Shown: piece after piece, positions 50,703 to 61,042 of the stretch
Position numbering within the stretch: position 1 is the stretch's first letter
Layout of the letters: each line of letters starts with the position of its first letter
IMG/VR virus record: IMGVR_UViG_3300036795_000133
Location: 50,085-114,084 of that record
Source of the DNA: a virus
Direction: 5' to 3' (one strand)
Length of the DNA: 64,000 nt
Translations under genes and position numbers: made by a program
The notes under the pieces: generated by a model
Told to the model about the DNA's origin: nothing
Seen by the model: only the letters and a program-made list of their open reading frames with translations
The model's database searches: none

Positions 50703-51230
50703 TCAGCACACCTCTCCGTAACCGTTGCCGCTCCACGTCAGCAACTCGCCTGTGAAGCTAGAACCGCAGATACCCGCGCCGGAGCGGAGCGCCGCAACGA
50801 TGAGCGGGTAGCCGCCGAGCAGCGTCGCGACGGTCGCCTGCACTCCCTCGGCGGCTGACGGGTAACTCCGGACCCCGGCACCGTTGAACACCGATGCGCC
50901 GGGCGCAGGCTCAGTGGTGTCGAGGGGGTTGTTCGCCGCGACGGGCGGCCACGGGGTCTCGTGCCGCACCCATGCCTCCGCTGATCCGACGTTCGCTGCC
51001 GTGACGGGGGCACCGAGGCCGGCGAAGACCGCAGACATGAACGCCGTCTCGCTTCCCCCGGTCACGGCTGTAACGTGCGCGGGCCGCGCCTTCGCGTGCG
51101 CGGAGGTGACGGCGTGCGCCCCGGCCGAAACTGCCAGGACCGTGCCCAGGGCGAGGCCGGCAACTGCGCCCGCGTCGCTGCGGCGCCTGTACGGGGAGCG
51201 GTAGCGGCGGGTGCCGCGGAACGCGGTCAT
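50703..51230 (-). CDS. Secreted lysozyme/transglycosylase-like protein
   Basis: Signal/anchor, then AWVRHE..NNPLDTT..GVRSYPSAAEGVQATVATL. Confidence 0.6.
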   Translation of the reverse strand: MTAFRGTRRYRSPYRRRSDAGAVAGLALGTVLAVSAGAHAVTSAHAKARPAHVTAVTGGSETAFMSAVFAGLGAPVTAANVGSAEAWVRHETPWPPVAANNPLDTTEPAPGASVFNGAGVRSYPSAAEGVQATVATLLGGYPLIVAALRSGAGICGSSFTGELLTWSGNGYGEVC

Positions 51231-51444
51231 CAGCGCCACCTGTTCCTGCCGAATATGCCGATGATCAGGTAGGCGGCGGGTATGCCGATGATCGTGACGG
51301 CGAACGCGGTGACGGGGCTGGCCGGCAGGATCCGGTGGCCGCCGGAGATGAGGCCTGTGGTGACGCCGGCGACGCTGATGCGCCACATGACGATCCCGAG
51401 GGCGACCGCGAGGACGGTGACGGTAGTCCGCTCTTTCACGAGGC

Positions 51445-52041
51445 TTACGCCCCCTTCCGGCTAGGTGCAGGGTCGGTGAAGCCGACGACAGCATTCAGCC
51501 CGGTGCGGGGGGAGGCTGCAGGTCCGTAGCCTTCCTGCCGGACGTACGTGCCCGCACCGAAGGCGTCGATCATCGTGTGCCTTGCCGGGTCGGCGACGAT
51601 CCCCACGTGCCCCGGTGCCGTGGGGGTGCCGTCGGACCCGGCGAAGAACACAAGGTCGCCCGCGACCGGGCTGGTGACGTGCCGCTCGCTGGCCCACTGC
51701 TGCTGCGAGGTCCGCTCGATCGAGATGCCGTCCGCCGCGTACGCCTCCATCGCCAGGCCCGAGCAGTCCATGCCCGCGTCGCTCGTCCCGCCCCAGAGGT
51801 AGGGCACCTTGCCGACCTTGGAGCGGGCGAAGGCGACCACGGCGGAGGCGGCGGCGTTTGCTGTAGCCGGGGCAGTGCCGTGGTGAGCGTGGTGGGTGAC
51901 TGCCTTCGTCCCGGCGCCCGCCCCGGCAAGCAGGACCGCACCCGCGATCACGACCGGGAGCACACCGCTGCCGTCCTTGCGGAACTTGTACGGATAACGG
52001 ATCCGGTAGCGGCGCGGGAGCGGGTAGCGGTAGGCGGTCAT
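51445..52041 (-). CDS. NlpC/P60 peptidoglycan endopeptidase with membrane anchor
   Basis: VPYLWGGT..DCSGL..GDLVFF..GHVGIV. Confidence 0.92.
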   Translation of the reverse strand: MTAYRYPLPRRYRIRYPYKFRKDGSGVLPVVIAGAVLLAGAGAGTKAVTHHAHHGTAPATANAAASAVVAFARSKVGKVPYLWGGTSDAGMDCSGLAMEAYAADGISIERTSQQQWASERHVTSPVAGDLVFFAGSDGTPTAPGHVGIVADPARHTMIDAFGAGTYVRQEGYGPAASPRTGLNAVVGFTDPAPSRKGA

Positions 52042-53569
52042 CGGCGGTACCTCCGGCCTTTCCGGCTCACCGCGCGCCGCTCCGGCCCGCTCGTCAGGTG
52101 CCACGTCCCGCAGGCGCACGGGTACGACCTGAGCCCCGTAGCCGCTGTCGCGCCCGCCTCCTGCTCCGTGCTGAACCCCCGCTTCCACGGGGTAAGGCAT
52201 TCGGACCTCCCCGCCGTCCGGGGATCCCGGTTCTGCTGCCGCAGCCTCTGGTGACGCCCCCGCGCGGTCATCACGCGTTCCTCTCGTTGCGCATCCGCCG
52301 CCAGCCGGAAACGAGTAGGCAGAGGGTGTAGATAGCGGCGACGACGGTGAACAGCGCGACCGCGTTGCCCGTGGGCGCTGCGGCGACCTGCGCGTAGTCG
52401 CCGGGCAGGTCGCGGGTCAGGTGCAGCGGCGTAGCCGGGCCGATCGACAGGGTCGCCGTCCACGACCACACGGCGGTCACGGCCAGAGACAGGACTGTGC
52501 CTGCGGTCAGGGCGGCCCGGGTAGTCATCAGGACCTCCGTCGTGCGTGCGCTGGACGCAGGGCGTCGGCAATCAGTTCTCCCGGGTAGCCGATGGCGGCG
52601 AGGCGGCGCGACTCGGCGTCCTGCGCCTGCATTGCGCGGATCAGGGCGCGCTCGGCTTTCGGGTCGGGGTGCCCGGTGCGCTCGATGATGGCGTGCGCCC
52701 TGGCCCCGAGGCGCCAGTAGGCGTCAGCCAGTCCGCGCAGCTTCTTGTACGGATCCCGGGCGGTCATCAGGACCGCCCCTGCCGTTCGCGCCAAGCGCGC
52801 TCGGTACGGTCGAGGCGGTAGCTGTACGTCCCGGTGGCACGCTTGCGCTCAACCCGGCACCAGATCTCGCAGGCGGCGATGAACGCCAGGAAGGCAACGC
52901 CAGTGGCGCCGAGGCCCGCCCAGTTCCGCGTGTCCGCGAAGTGCAGGCCGAACGCGAGGACCATGATGCCCGTCACTACGCCGAGCGGGAGGCCGACGAC
53001 TGCCGGGTGCCGCGAGGCGAGCCCGGGGGCGCGCTTCACCGCCCGCTCCCGAACGGGTAGCCGCTGGCGCGCGGCGCTGGCTTCGGCTTGCTTGCGCCCC
53101 AGGTGCGCAGCAGCAGCACGACGGTCAGCAGGGTCAGCACGGCAAGGGCGCCGTACAGCTCCATCGTGCTGTGCTGGTGCGCCCGCGTCTCGCGGTGCCA
53201 GGTCCTGATGATCCCCGGGAGGCGCTTCCCGAAGTAGATGTCGGCCGCGACGACTGCCGTGACGAAGAGGTGCTTCACGTGCTTCAAGGTTTTCCTCCGG
53301 TGATGACGGGGCGCGGTCGGGTGACCTGGCCCGCTGGTGCGGCTCCCGGGGGGCGCCGCCGTTGCAGTTGAACGGCCGCCCTGCATCTGCCTGCGGATCC
53401 TCGCGGCCTCCCGCGTGACGTGCGCCAGCTCCCTCTCGACCCCGGCCCGGTCGTAGTGGGCGGTGTAGCGGTCGGGGCGCATCACGCCGCTTGGGTAGCT
53501 GAGCGCTTCCCGCATCAGCCCGGCGCGCTCCTCCAGGCCTGCCAGCCGGTGCTCCTCTGCGCGGCTCAT
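52038..53569 (-). other. Small ORFs including several membrane proteins
   Basis: 52038-52271 (Cys/His motif), 52271-52528, 52528-52767, 52767-53039, 53036-53569; 51230-51439 is similar. Confidence 0.5.
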
Positions 53570-54003
53570 GCGACTCGCTCCGCCAGGGCGGCGCGCACTC
53601 TCTCGCCGCGTTTGCGCAGCAGTACAAGGTGGCGTTCGTGCGCCCGCTGCTTCCGGTCCTGGCGCCGGAAGTACAACTCGGCCGCCTCGGCGAGGATCAC
53701 GGCAACCGGGCGCACGGGGACGCGCTCGCGCTCCTCGCCCAGTTCCCTCTCCGAGAGCCCCGCCCAGGTGCCGTGCAGTTCCGGCTCGGCGAGAGCGTGC
53801 CGCAGGCAGTCGGCTCTCACAGGGCAGCCCAGGCAGACGCGGCGCGCCTGGTCGGTCGCCTCAGCGGCACCGTCGCCCTCGGCGAAGAACAGCTCAGGGT
53901 CCGTGTACTGGCAGTCGGCGAGCCGCGTCCAGTCCCAGGGCGTCTCCGGTTCCAGCAGGGGGACGGCCGCGCCGGGGCTCCAGGCGACAGCGCGGGCGCT
54001 CAT
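53566..54003 (-). CDS. WhiB-family Fe-S transcription factor
   Basis: ADCQYTDPELFF..CLGCPVRADCLRHAL..GTWAGLSERE. Confidence 0.9.
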   Translation of the reverse strand: MSARAVAWSPGAAVPLLEPETPWDWTRLADCQYTDPELFFAEGDGAAEATDQARRVCLGCPVRADCLRHALAEPELHGTWAGLSERELGEERERVPVRPVAVILAEAAELYFRRQDRKQRAHERHLVLLRKRGERVRAALAERVA

Positions 54004-54269
54004 GCCGCACCGCTCGTCAGGCTCGGGAGCGCGGCGTTCCGCTCGTCGGGGGTCGTCCCGCCCCAGACACCCCACGCCTGGCGGGTGGAGACGGCGTAGT
54101 CGCGGCACGGGCGGCGGACCGGGCAGGTGCCACAGGTCGCTATCGCGGTGGCGGCCTGCGCCTCGTACGCGTCGGTACCGGGCGCGGCGAGCGGGAAGAA
54201 GTCGTCGCCCGGCAGGTCAAGGCAGGCGGCGCGGTCCTGCCACCCGAGTGCGGTCGCTGAGGCGCTCAC
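54000..54269 (-). CDS. WhiB-family Fe-S transcription factor
   Basis: WQDRAAC..FFP..CGTCPVRRPCRDYA..GVWGGTTPDER. Confidence 0.92.
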   Translation of the reverse strand: MSASATALGWQDRAACLDLPGDDFFPLAAPGTDAYEAQAATAIATCGTCPVRRPCRDYAVSTRQAWGVWGGTTPDERNAALPSLTSGAA

Positions 54270-55819
54270 GACACACCCACCAGGGCGCGCCACTTGCGGT
54301 TCGCCTTCTGCATGGCACCGCGCCCGCTGAAGGTCTCGACGAACTTCCCTGTGACACAGTCGTAGACCCCGTAGGACCCGCCGCCGAGGGGCGACACCGC
54401 GTACCGCGCCATCAGCCGGTCTTGTTCCGACCCGCGCCGCGCATCGCCCTTGCGTCCGGTCATGGCTGAACCTCCGGCGGGTACATCTGGTGGGAGCGCT
54501 GGTCAACCGGGCAGGTGCCCCGAGCCCCTCCGCCGGGAAACGGCACCAGGATCGCGTCAGAGTGTTCCGGGCAGTAACAGGCAGGGGCCGGGCGGACCGG
54601 GGTCAGGAGGGCGGTCATGGCGTGGCCTCCGCACAGTCGGGCCTCCCGCGCAGGGGCGCAGGGCTGAGCGTCGCGACCGGGCAGGGCGCGGAGGGCGACG
54701 GGCTGAACATCGTGGGCACGTAGACCGCGGGCTGCGAGTGCCCGTGGCGGACCACGAGGATGACGGCTGCGATCACGAGGCCGATGGCGAGCCCTATCGC
54801 GGCACCGCGGATCAGGTCGGCGGCGGCGGTCATGACGAGATCTCCGCGTAGTTGAGGCAGTGGACGTAGACGCGCGCGATGGGCCGGCTACTGCCGGTTC
54901 CGCTTACGGTCCCGGTCCCGGTGATCTCAAGCTGGGCGTCCGGACCGTAGAACTCCGCCGCCTTCAGCAGGGCAGCGGACCGCATCTCGCTGATGCTGTC
55001 GCCGCGGACTGTGGCGTCGAAGAAGTCCGGGCCCTCGGTGCGGCGCGCGCCGATCTCGTCCAGCGCGGCGTGAAGGCCGGCGGCGAACGAGGTGGAGCGC
55101 CTGTCCTGCCCCCAGCCGTTGGCGAGGTCACGGAGCACCCGGTAGTCGGACTGGGCGAGGGAGGAGGTCATGCCGTCACCTCGGATACCCGGCTCGCGGC
55201 GGCGAGGATGACGCCGAGCGCCTCAGCCTCCGGGCTGCCGATGGGGAACGCCTCGGATGTGGCGAGGGACGCCTCAAGCAGCGTCGTCTCGGCGCGGTCC
55301 GCGTCACCCGACTCGGCGAGCAGGACGGCCAGCGAGGTGAGGTTGAGGGCGTCGTACAGGGCCGGGGGATTCACGACCGCTCCCCGGCGGTGCGCTGGGC
55401 GGGGACGGGAGCCCCGTCGAGGTCGAGGAGGAAACGGCACTTCGCCTGCGTCAGCCCCTTGTCCTCAAGGTCGGCCATCGCCCCGGCTAGCTCGGTGAGG
55501 AGCATGTCCCCTTCGACCGCGTCGGCGCGGATGTCGGCGGAGGTGATGCCCTCCGCGATGCAGTGCATGGCGAACTTCCGCGCCGACCCGGGGAGCTTGA
55601 AGCCGGCACGGACATGGGACTGGTAAGTGGCTGCGGCTGGGAGGTCGGCTACTGTGGTCACGGACTTTCTCCAATTCCGGTTGGGATGGTCCGGGCCGTC
55701 GCGGCGTGAGATGTCGCGGCGGCCATTTGCGTTCTCGGGGACCGGCGGCGGGAGCAGTCACAGGACTGCCCGGCCCAGAGGACCTTCCCGCAGTTGGTGC
55801 AGACCCTGGTCTGGTTCAT
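54266..55819 (-). other. Six or seven small coupled hypothetical ORFs
   Basis: 54266, 54615, 54830, 55168, 55371, 55658 with 4-nt overlaps. Confidence 0.5.
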
Positions 55820-56022
55820 GCCGCTGCTTCTGCCTCAAGCGCTTCGCCGGCGGCCTGTCCGTTCCCGAGACGGGAGGCCAGTTCGTCGGCGGGCGGTAGC
55901 GCCTGGTCGAGGAGACCGTCAAGCACATGGCTCAGCGGCTGGCCCTTGAGCAGGGCCAGCATGCGCAACCGGAGGTCAACCGGACGTGTGATCCGGCTGG
56001 ACAGCGGCACGTCACACGCCAT
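55816..56022 (-). CDS. Ribbon-helix-helix-like first gene of the leftward operon
   Basis: LSSRITRPVDLRLRMLALLKGQPLSHVLDGLLDQAL. Confidence 0.6.
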   Translation of the reverse strand: MACDVPLSSRITRPVDLRLRMLALLKGQPLSHVLDGLLDQALPPADELASRLGNGQAAGEALEAEAAA

Positions 56023-56133
56023 GAATTCGGTCCTTCCAGCGGTCTTGATTACTGCATTGCAGACAACATAAGCACAACTCATGTATATATGTCAAGGCAC
56101 GCGGAACCCCTGGTGAGGGACACGCCGGACCGG

Positions 56134-56158
56134 TCTAGTTGACCTGTACTTACCTAGA
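56134..56158. promoter_or_regulatory. Imperfect palindrome, candidate GntR operator
   Basis: TCTAGTTGA-N7-TTACCTAGA in the divergent intergenic region; -10 TAGGCT at 56174. Confidence 0.45.
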
Positions 56159-56185
56159 TCACTTGCCGCCCTCTAGGCTGTGTAC

Positions 56186-56527
56186 ATGGCAGGTGAGGAC
56201 TCCTGGAAGTACGAGCGCATAGCAGGCGACTTGCGCGGCGGCATCAGGAGCGGCAAGTACGCGCCGGGCTCGCGCCTGCCGTCCAAGAGCAAACTCGCAG
56301 CGCGGTACGACGTATCCGACGGCCCTGTAAACGAGGCGCTGAAGGTGTTGCGCGGCGAAGGGCTGATCGAGACCCGGCAGGGCAGCGGGATCTTCGTCTG
56401 CGACCCGCTGCCGGAAGTGGCGCTGTCGGAGTACGAGACTGTGATGGGGCGTATCGACGGCCTGGCCGAGGAGGTCAGGCAGCTACGCGGGGAAGTGGCA
56501 GCGCTGAGGCAGGCGAGGGGGGCGTGA
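56186..56527 (+). CDS. GntR-family repressor (KorSA/KorA-like)
   Basis: YERIAGDLRGGIRSG.Y.PG.RLPS...LAARYDVS..PVNEALKVLRGEGLIETRQGSGIFV; divergent from the transfer operon. Confidence 0.88.
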   Translation: MAGEDSWKYERIAGDLRGGIRSGKYAPGSRLPSKSKLAARYDVSDGPVNEALKVLRGEGLIETRQGSGIFVCDPLPEVALSEYETVMGRIDGLAEEVRQLRGEVAALRQARGA

Positions 56528-56754
56528 GCATGGCGACCTCTCGCGCCAGCTCCCGGATCTCGGCCGCCAGGCTGTCCAGCCGAATACGGACTTCTGCCCG
56601 CTGCACGGCGGTCATGGGAATCATCGAGCGCGCTGCCATGAGGGCAGCGTAGGCGCGAGGACCGCGCTCTGCCGGCATCAGACCGGCGGCACTGCTGGCG
56701 TCATTAGGGCGTCACGAGGCATCATTCCGGTACCCGTGCTGTTACGGTTAGCCC

Positions 56755-57477
56755 ATGGCCGTGAACACTGCTTTGCGCACGGCGCGCGTGCGCGCCCACA
56801 TGAGCCAGATGGACCTCGCCCGGCGGATACAGGAAGTTGGCTTCATGACGGGAGACCCGAACGGCTGCAGCCGCGAGATGGTGCAGCGCTGGGAATCTGG
56901 CCGGACGATCCGGCCGCAGCCCCGGTACCTGCTCGCGCTGGAGAACGTCTTCGGGCAGCCCGCCGCAAGCCTGGGCTTCGCCGACGTCGACCTCGGCGTC
57001 GACCGCGGGCAGGCCGTTGCTGACGCGGGACTGGACAGGGCACTCCCACTTCCCGACCCCGCCGCCCAGTACGGCGAACTGACCGGCGTCTGGCTGTCTG
57101 CCTACGACTACTACAGCAGCAGCCGTGACCAGACATTCTCGGGCAAGCACCACGTTATGCTCCTGCAGCGCGGCGCTCGGCTAATGGTGCGTTCCCTTCC
57201 GGCGTCCTCGTCGCGAATGTCAATGGACCTGTCCGTCAACGGTCAGGTTGTCACGGGGACCTGGACGGAGGAGACGCGAACCGACGGGTACTACCGCGGC
57301 GCGCTTTACTACGGGGCAATCCAGATGCTCGTAGAGCCCACCGGCCGCAGGATCGCCGGCAAGTGGGTCGGCTTCGGCCGGGACATGACCGTCAACACCG
57401 AGGCGTGGCGGCTGACCCTCGTCGATTCAGAGGTAGACGAGGCCGCTGTCGAGCGGTGGAACCGGGAGCCGGAGTGA
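56755..57477 (+). CDS. XRE HTH regulator with C-terminal beta-barrel domain
   Basis: LRTARVRAHMSQMDLAR..VQRWESGR; ELTGVWLSAY..TGTWTE..GAIQML..GKWVGF. Confidence 0.75.
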   Translation: MAVNTALRTARVRAHMSQMDLARRIQEVGFMTGDPNGCSREMVQRWESGRTIRPQPRYLLALENVFGQPAASLGFADVDLGVDRGQAVADAGLDRALPLPDPAAQYGELTGVWLSAYDYYSSSRDQTFSGKHHVMLLQRGARLMVRSLPASSSRMSMDLSVNGQVVTGTWTEETRTDGYYRGALYYGAIQMLVEPTGRRIAGKWVGFGRDMTVNTEAWRLTLVDSEVDEAAVERWNREPE

Positions 57478-57519
57478 CGGGCTCGCCGAACTCAAGGTGG
57501 CAGAAACAGGAGATCAGTC

Positions 57520-58567
57520 ATGAGCGACGCCAGCCAAGAGTGCCGGGCACCGGGTGCGGTGGCGCCCGAGCCGCTGACGCCGGCAGCAGCGGCGCATGCC
57601 TATCAGGCCGTGTTCGCCGCCATCGCGTACGGAAAGAACCGGGTAGCCGCGCTAGTTCTGCGCGACCTTGAGCCTGAGCACCTCACTGAACTAGCCGTAA
57701 TCTGCGGGGACGTTCAGATTATGGTGGAGGCCGAGCAGCGGCGGCGAGCGGAACTGGAGGGGTCAGGATCATGAGCGATGTCCGCGCATTCGCGCGCCAG
57801 CCAGACGGAACCGAAACCGACATCACCGAGGGCATGCAGGCGCTCTACGACCTGGTACTCAACAGCATGGACTGGGGCAGCGGCTTCCTGACCGCAGAGG
57901 ACGCTCGCCCGGTCGCCCTGCTCGCCCGCACGCTGGGCTTCGAGCAGGCCGAGGAAGCCGAGCGGTACCTGCGCGACCAGGAGCACAGCAAGCAGCAGCA
58001 GGAGTTTCTCAGCGCCCGCCTCGAGGCGCGCCAGCACATTAACGGCCGCGTACCGCACGACCACGTGTTCTCGACAGCCGGCCGCTGCATGTGGTCCGGC
58101 TGCCGGGAACTCGGCGAGATGGACCCGCTGTGAGCGACTTCTACGACCGCCACGGCCGGCCGATTGAGATGCTGGAATGGGCGGCGAAAATCGAGGACCG
58201 CGAATACAGCGTCGTGGCGCACCACTGGGTACGCGGGTGGATGGTCTCCACGGTGTGGCTCGGCCTTGATCACGGTTTCGGCATGTCCCATGCGCCGCTG
58301 ATCTTCGAGACGATGATCTTCGCGCCGAAGGACGTCACCATCGGCCGGGAAGACTGGGAAGACGGCGACGACGCCGCGGGCACGATGGCCAGCCTGCATG
58401 AGTACCAGGAGCGCTACGCCACCGAGGACGCCGCGCAGGCCGGGCATGACCGGGCGCTCGCTGCCATGGTGAACCAGCTCGGCGGGGAAGCCGCCATGGA
58501 TGTCATTTCCGCCGCGCAGTTCAGCGACCCGGCCGAGGTGCCCGACGACGCCTCCGGGATTGGGTAG
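57520..58567 (+). other. Three phage-type hypothetical ORFs
   Basis: 57520-57774, 57771-58133, 58130-58567 (VSTVWLGLDH..PLIFETMIF). Confidence 0.6.
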
Positions 58568-58587
58568 CGGCGAGGCCCTGCAGCGTC

Positions 58588-58863
58588 TTAGATCGCGCTG
58601 AACAGGCTGCTGAACGCGCTTATATCCACGGACACCCCTGATGCCGCCCCGGAAGCGATCCTCCCCGCCTGCCCCGGGTCATGGACCGCGAGCAGGAGCC
58701 AGAACATAAGCGGGAGCAGCACCCACGCGATCAGCCGGAGTGCCGCCCCGCCTTTCCCGTGAGTCGATATCCACCAGATGCCGATGACGGCGATCGCAAC
58801 GCCGACGCCGTCAGCTGTGTGGCCGGGTACAGCGCTAGCCGCGGCAAGAGCGATCGGGTGCAC
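58588..58863 (-). CDS. Small membrane protein
   Basis: GTG at 58863; two or three hydrophobic segments. Confidence 0.5.
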   Translation of the reverse strand: MHPIALAAASAVPGHTADGVGVAIAVIGIWWISTHGKGGAALRLIAWVLLPLMFWLLLAVHDPGQAGRIASGAASGVSVDISAFSSLFSAI

Positions 58864-58894
58864 TTCTCTGATGCTCCCCGAAGCGCCGGGGAAG

Positions 58895-59275
58895 TCAAGC
58901 GTTATCGGACTTGTAAGCGCTCGCCGCCTGCCCGCACTCGGCATTCAGCTGCTGAAGGTCCGCGCTTACCTTCGCGAGGTCCGCCGGGGCGGCACCGAGC
59001 GCGCTGAATCCCGCTGTCCCGCTTGCGGGGTCGTTCGCGGACTGCTCGTCTGCTGCGTAAGCCGTCTCGTCCTTCACCAGGCTCCCGACTGGGGCACCGG
59101 AGTTTTCGAGGTCGAGGAGCGCGGCCACGTACGCGGCCCGGGTCACGTGCGCGTGGAATGCGGTCACCAGCGGCGAGCACCACGCGTGCGGGTAGCTTGG
59201 CGCGGAACTGCACGCGGCGAGGCACGCGACAGCAAGGGCGGCGGCGCCGGTGACGGCAAGCAGGCGTTTGCGCAT
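58895..59275 (-). CDS. Lipoprotein
   Basis: MRKRLLAVTGAAALAVACLAAC lipobox. Confidence 0.75.
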   Translation of the reverse strand: MRKRLLAVTGAAALAVACLAACSSAPSYPHAWCSPLVTAFHAHVTRAAYVAALLDLENSGAPVGSLVKDETAYAADEQSANDPASGTAGFSALGAAPADLAKVSADLQQLNAECGQAASAYKSDNA

Positions 59276-59472
59276 GTCCCGGTCCTCTCCGGTGCGGTTG
59301 ACAAAGCCTAGACGCGGGAAGCGGCCCGCTGGTTTACAAGAGGGCGTCCAGAAACGCTCGCGTGCGCAATTTCGCGCATCCGCGGCCATGTTCGTGCAGC
59401 CGCGGCTTAGTTCGCGCACGACTGTCCAGCCGCTAGCCTTTCCCTGTCACTGCTGCCGCGCGAGAGGATCCC

Positions 59473-60321
59473 GTGATGCCTGAGCTGAGAGCGCGCACGA
59501 TCCCCGTTGAGGGTCCTGCCGCGGTGTGGGATCCGGCGAACCCGGGGAAGTTCGCCGCCCTGGCCGGCTCCCAGCTCGTCGCGGTCAGGGGCGACATTGC
59601 CGTGATCCGGACGCAGGGCGGGGACGAGGTGACCGTTCACCCGGGGTGGGTGGTTATCGTCCCTGACGGCAGCGGGCCCGGGGAGGCGGTTTTCACCACC
59701 CCGGAGCGCGTCGAGATCCTGCCCGCATGACATAAAGGGCGGAATGTCGGTGCCCGCGCGTAGCGTGGCCGCATGAGCTACCTGCCGCTCACGCGATCCG
59801 GGGCGTTCGAGGACTTCCCGTTCGCCGAGGGCACTGACACGCTGTTCCCTGAGCTTCCGCCTGCCGGGTCGAGGCCGGTCGAGGTGACGGTCACTGTTCC
59901 GGACGGAGACTCGCGGCGCTGCGTGATGGATATCGTCGCGGCTGAGGACGATGCGCCGCAGGCCTTCGCCACCGCGTTCGGGGCATGCCGGGGCGTTAAG
60001 GACTTCGAGATAACCGCACGGTGGTTCACGGGCTGAAGCGGGCGCGCTGCCCTACAGGGCGGGCGAGCGTGTCACGACGGTACTCGCGCCGGGGGGAAGC
60101 GCTGTCGCCTCGCCCGCCCTGTCTCCGTCCCTCTCTGCCGGCCTGCCTGCCGGCGGAGGGGGTGCTGCCGCGTCTACGAGCGCGAACACGGCGAGGATTT
60201 TCTGGTCGAGTCGCAGGTCGGGGTGGACCAGGACGTGGCGGATGTCCCTGATGAGGCCGGTGAGCGCCTTGGCGAGGGCGTCCGGCGTCTGGGTCTCAAA
60301 CCACGTGTACGACTCAAGCAT
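59473..60321. other. Three small hypothetical ORFs (59473-59730 +, 59773-60036 +, 60052-60321 -)
   Basis: The latter two have TAnnnT-6/7 nt-ATG leaderless starts. Confidence 0.5.
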
Positions 60322-60426
60322 GTTTCATACCGTAACCGAATGACTACAGAGTGCGCTATAGGGCAGACGGGGTGATTCGGGCAGCGCAAAGCTCACTGCA
60401 GTTTGCGGTGGCGATGCCGAGGCCCC

Positions 60427-60475
60427 GAAAAAGACTCAGCGCGGCCCACCGGATATCCGTCCGGCTGCCGCGCTG
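60427..60475 (-). terminator. Intrinsic terminator
   Basis: CAGCGCGGC..CCGGA/TCCGG..GCCGCGCTG stem followed by AGTCTTTTT on the minus strand. Confidence 0.65.
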
Positions 60476-61042
60476 TTCAGGCCCAGAGAGCCTTAGCCTG
60501 TTGTCCGTGCAGGGGTGTCGGTGTCCAGCCTGTACCGGGGAGTACCGCCCCGGATGTCGAGCGCCCTGCCTTACCGCTGATCTGACGGACTAGCCGAAGT
60601 CTATCGCGGCACGAGTAGCCGCGCGAGCGTGTCGAGCTCGGCCCCCAGCGCCTTCGCATCCGCCTCGCCGAGCTTCCCCGCCTGAGCCAGCCGCAAGCGC
60701 TCCCGGATATCTGCCGTTCCCATGACAGCCACCGCCGCCGCGCCGACCCGGGCAAGCGGGTACAGCAACGCTGCGGGCACGGAATCCACGGGAGGGGGCT
60801 CCTGGCGGGCGGGACGGGGAGTACGCGAGTGCGTCAGTAACAGCCTATCGGGCGGCTAGCTCGTCCGCCGCGTGCTGCATAGCGGCGCTCGGGTGCGTAA
60901 TTGCACGTGCAATCGCACAGAATGGCGCGCTTGCGGACATTGCCGCCGGTCACGGGCCATTACGCCTGACAACGACTAGACCCCGCAGCGTAATGTGGAA
61001 GGTGCTGACGCTTTCACTACTACGAAGCGGGGTCGTCTTGTC

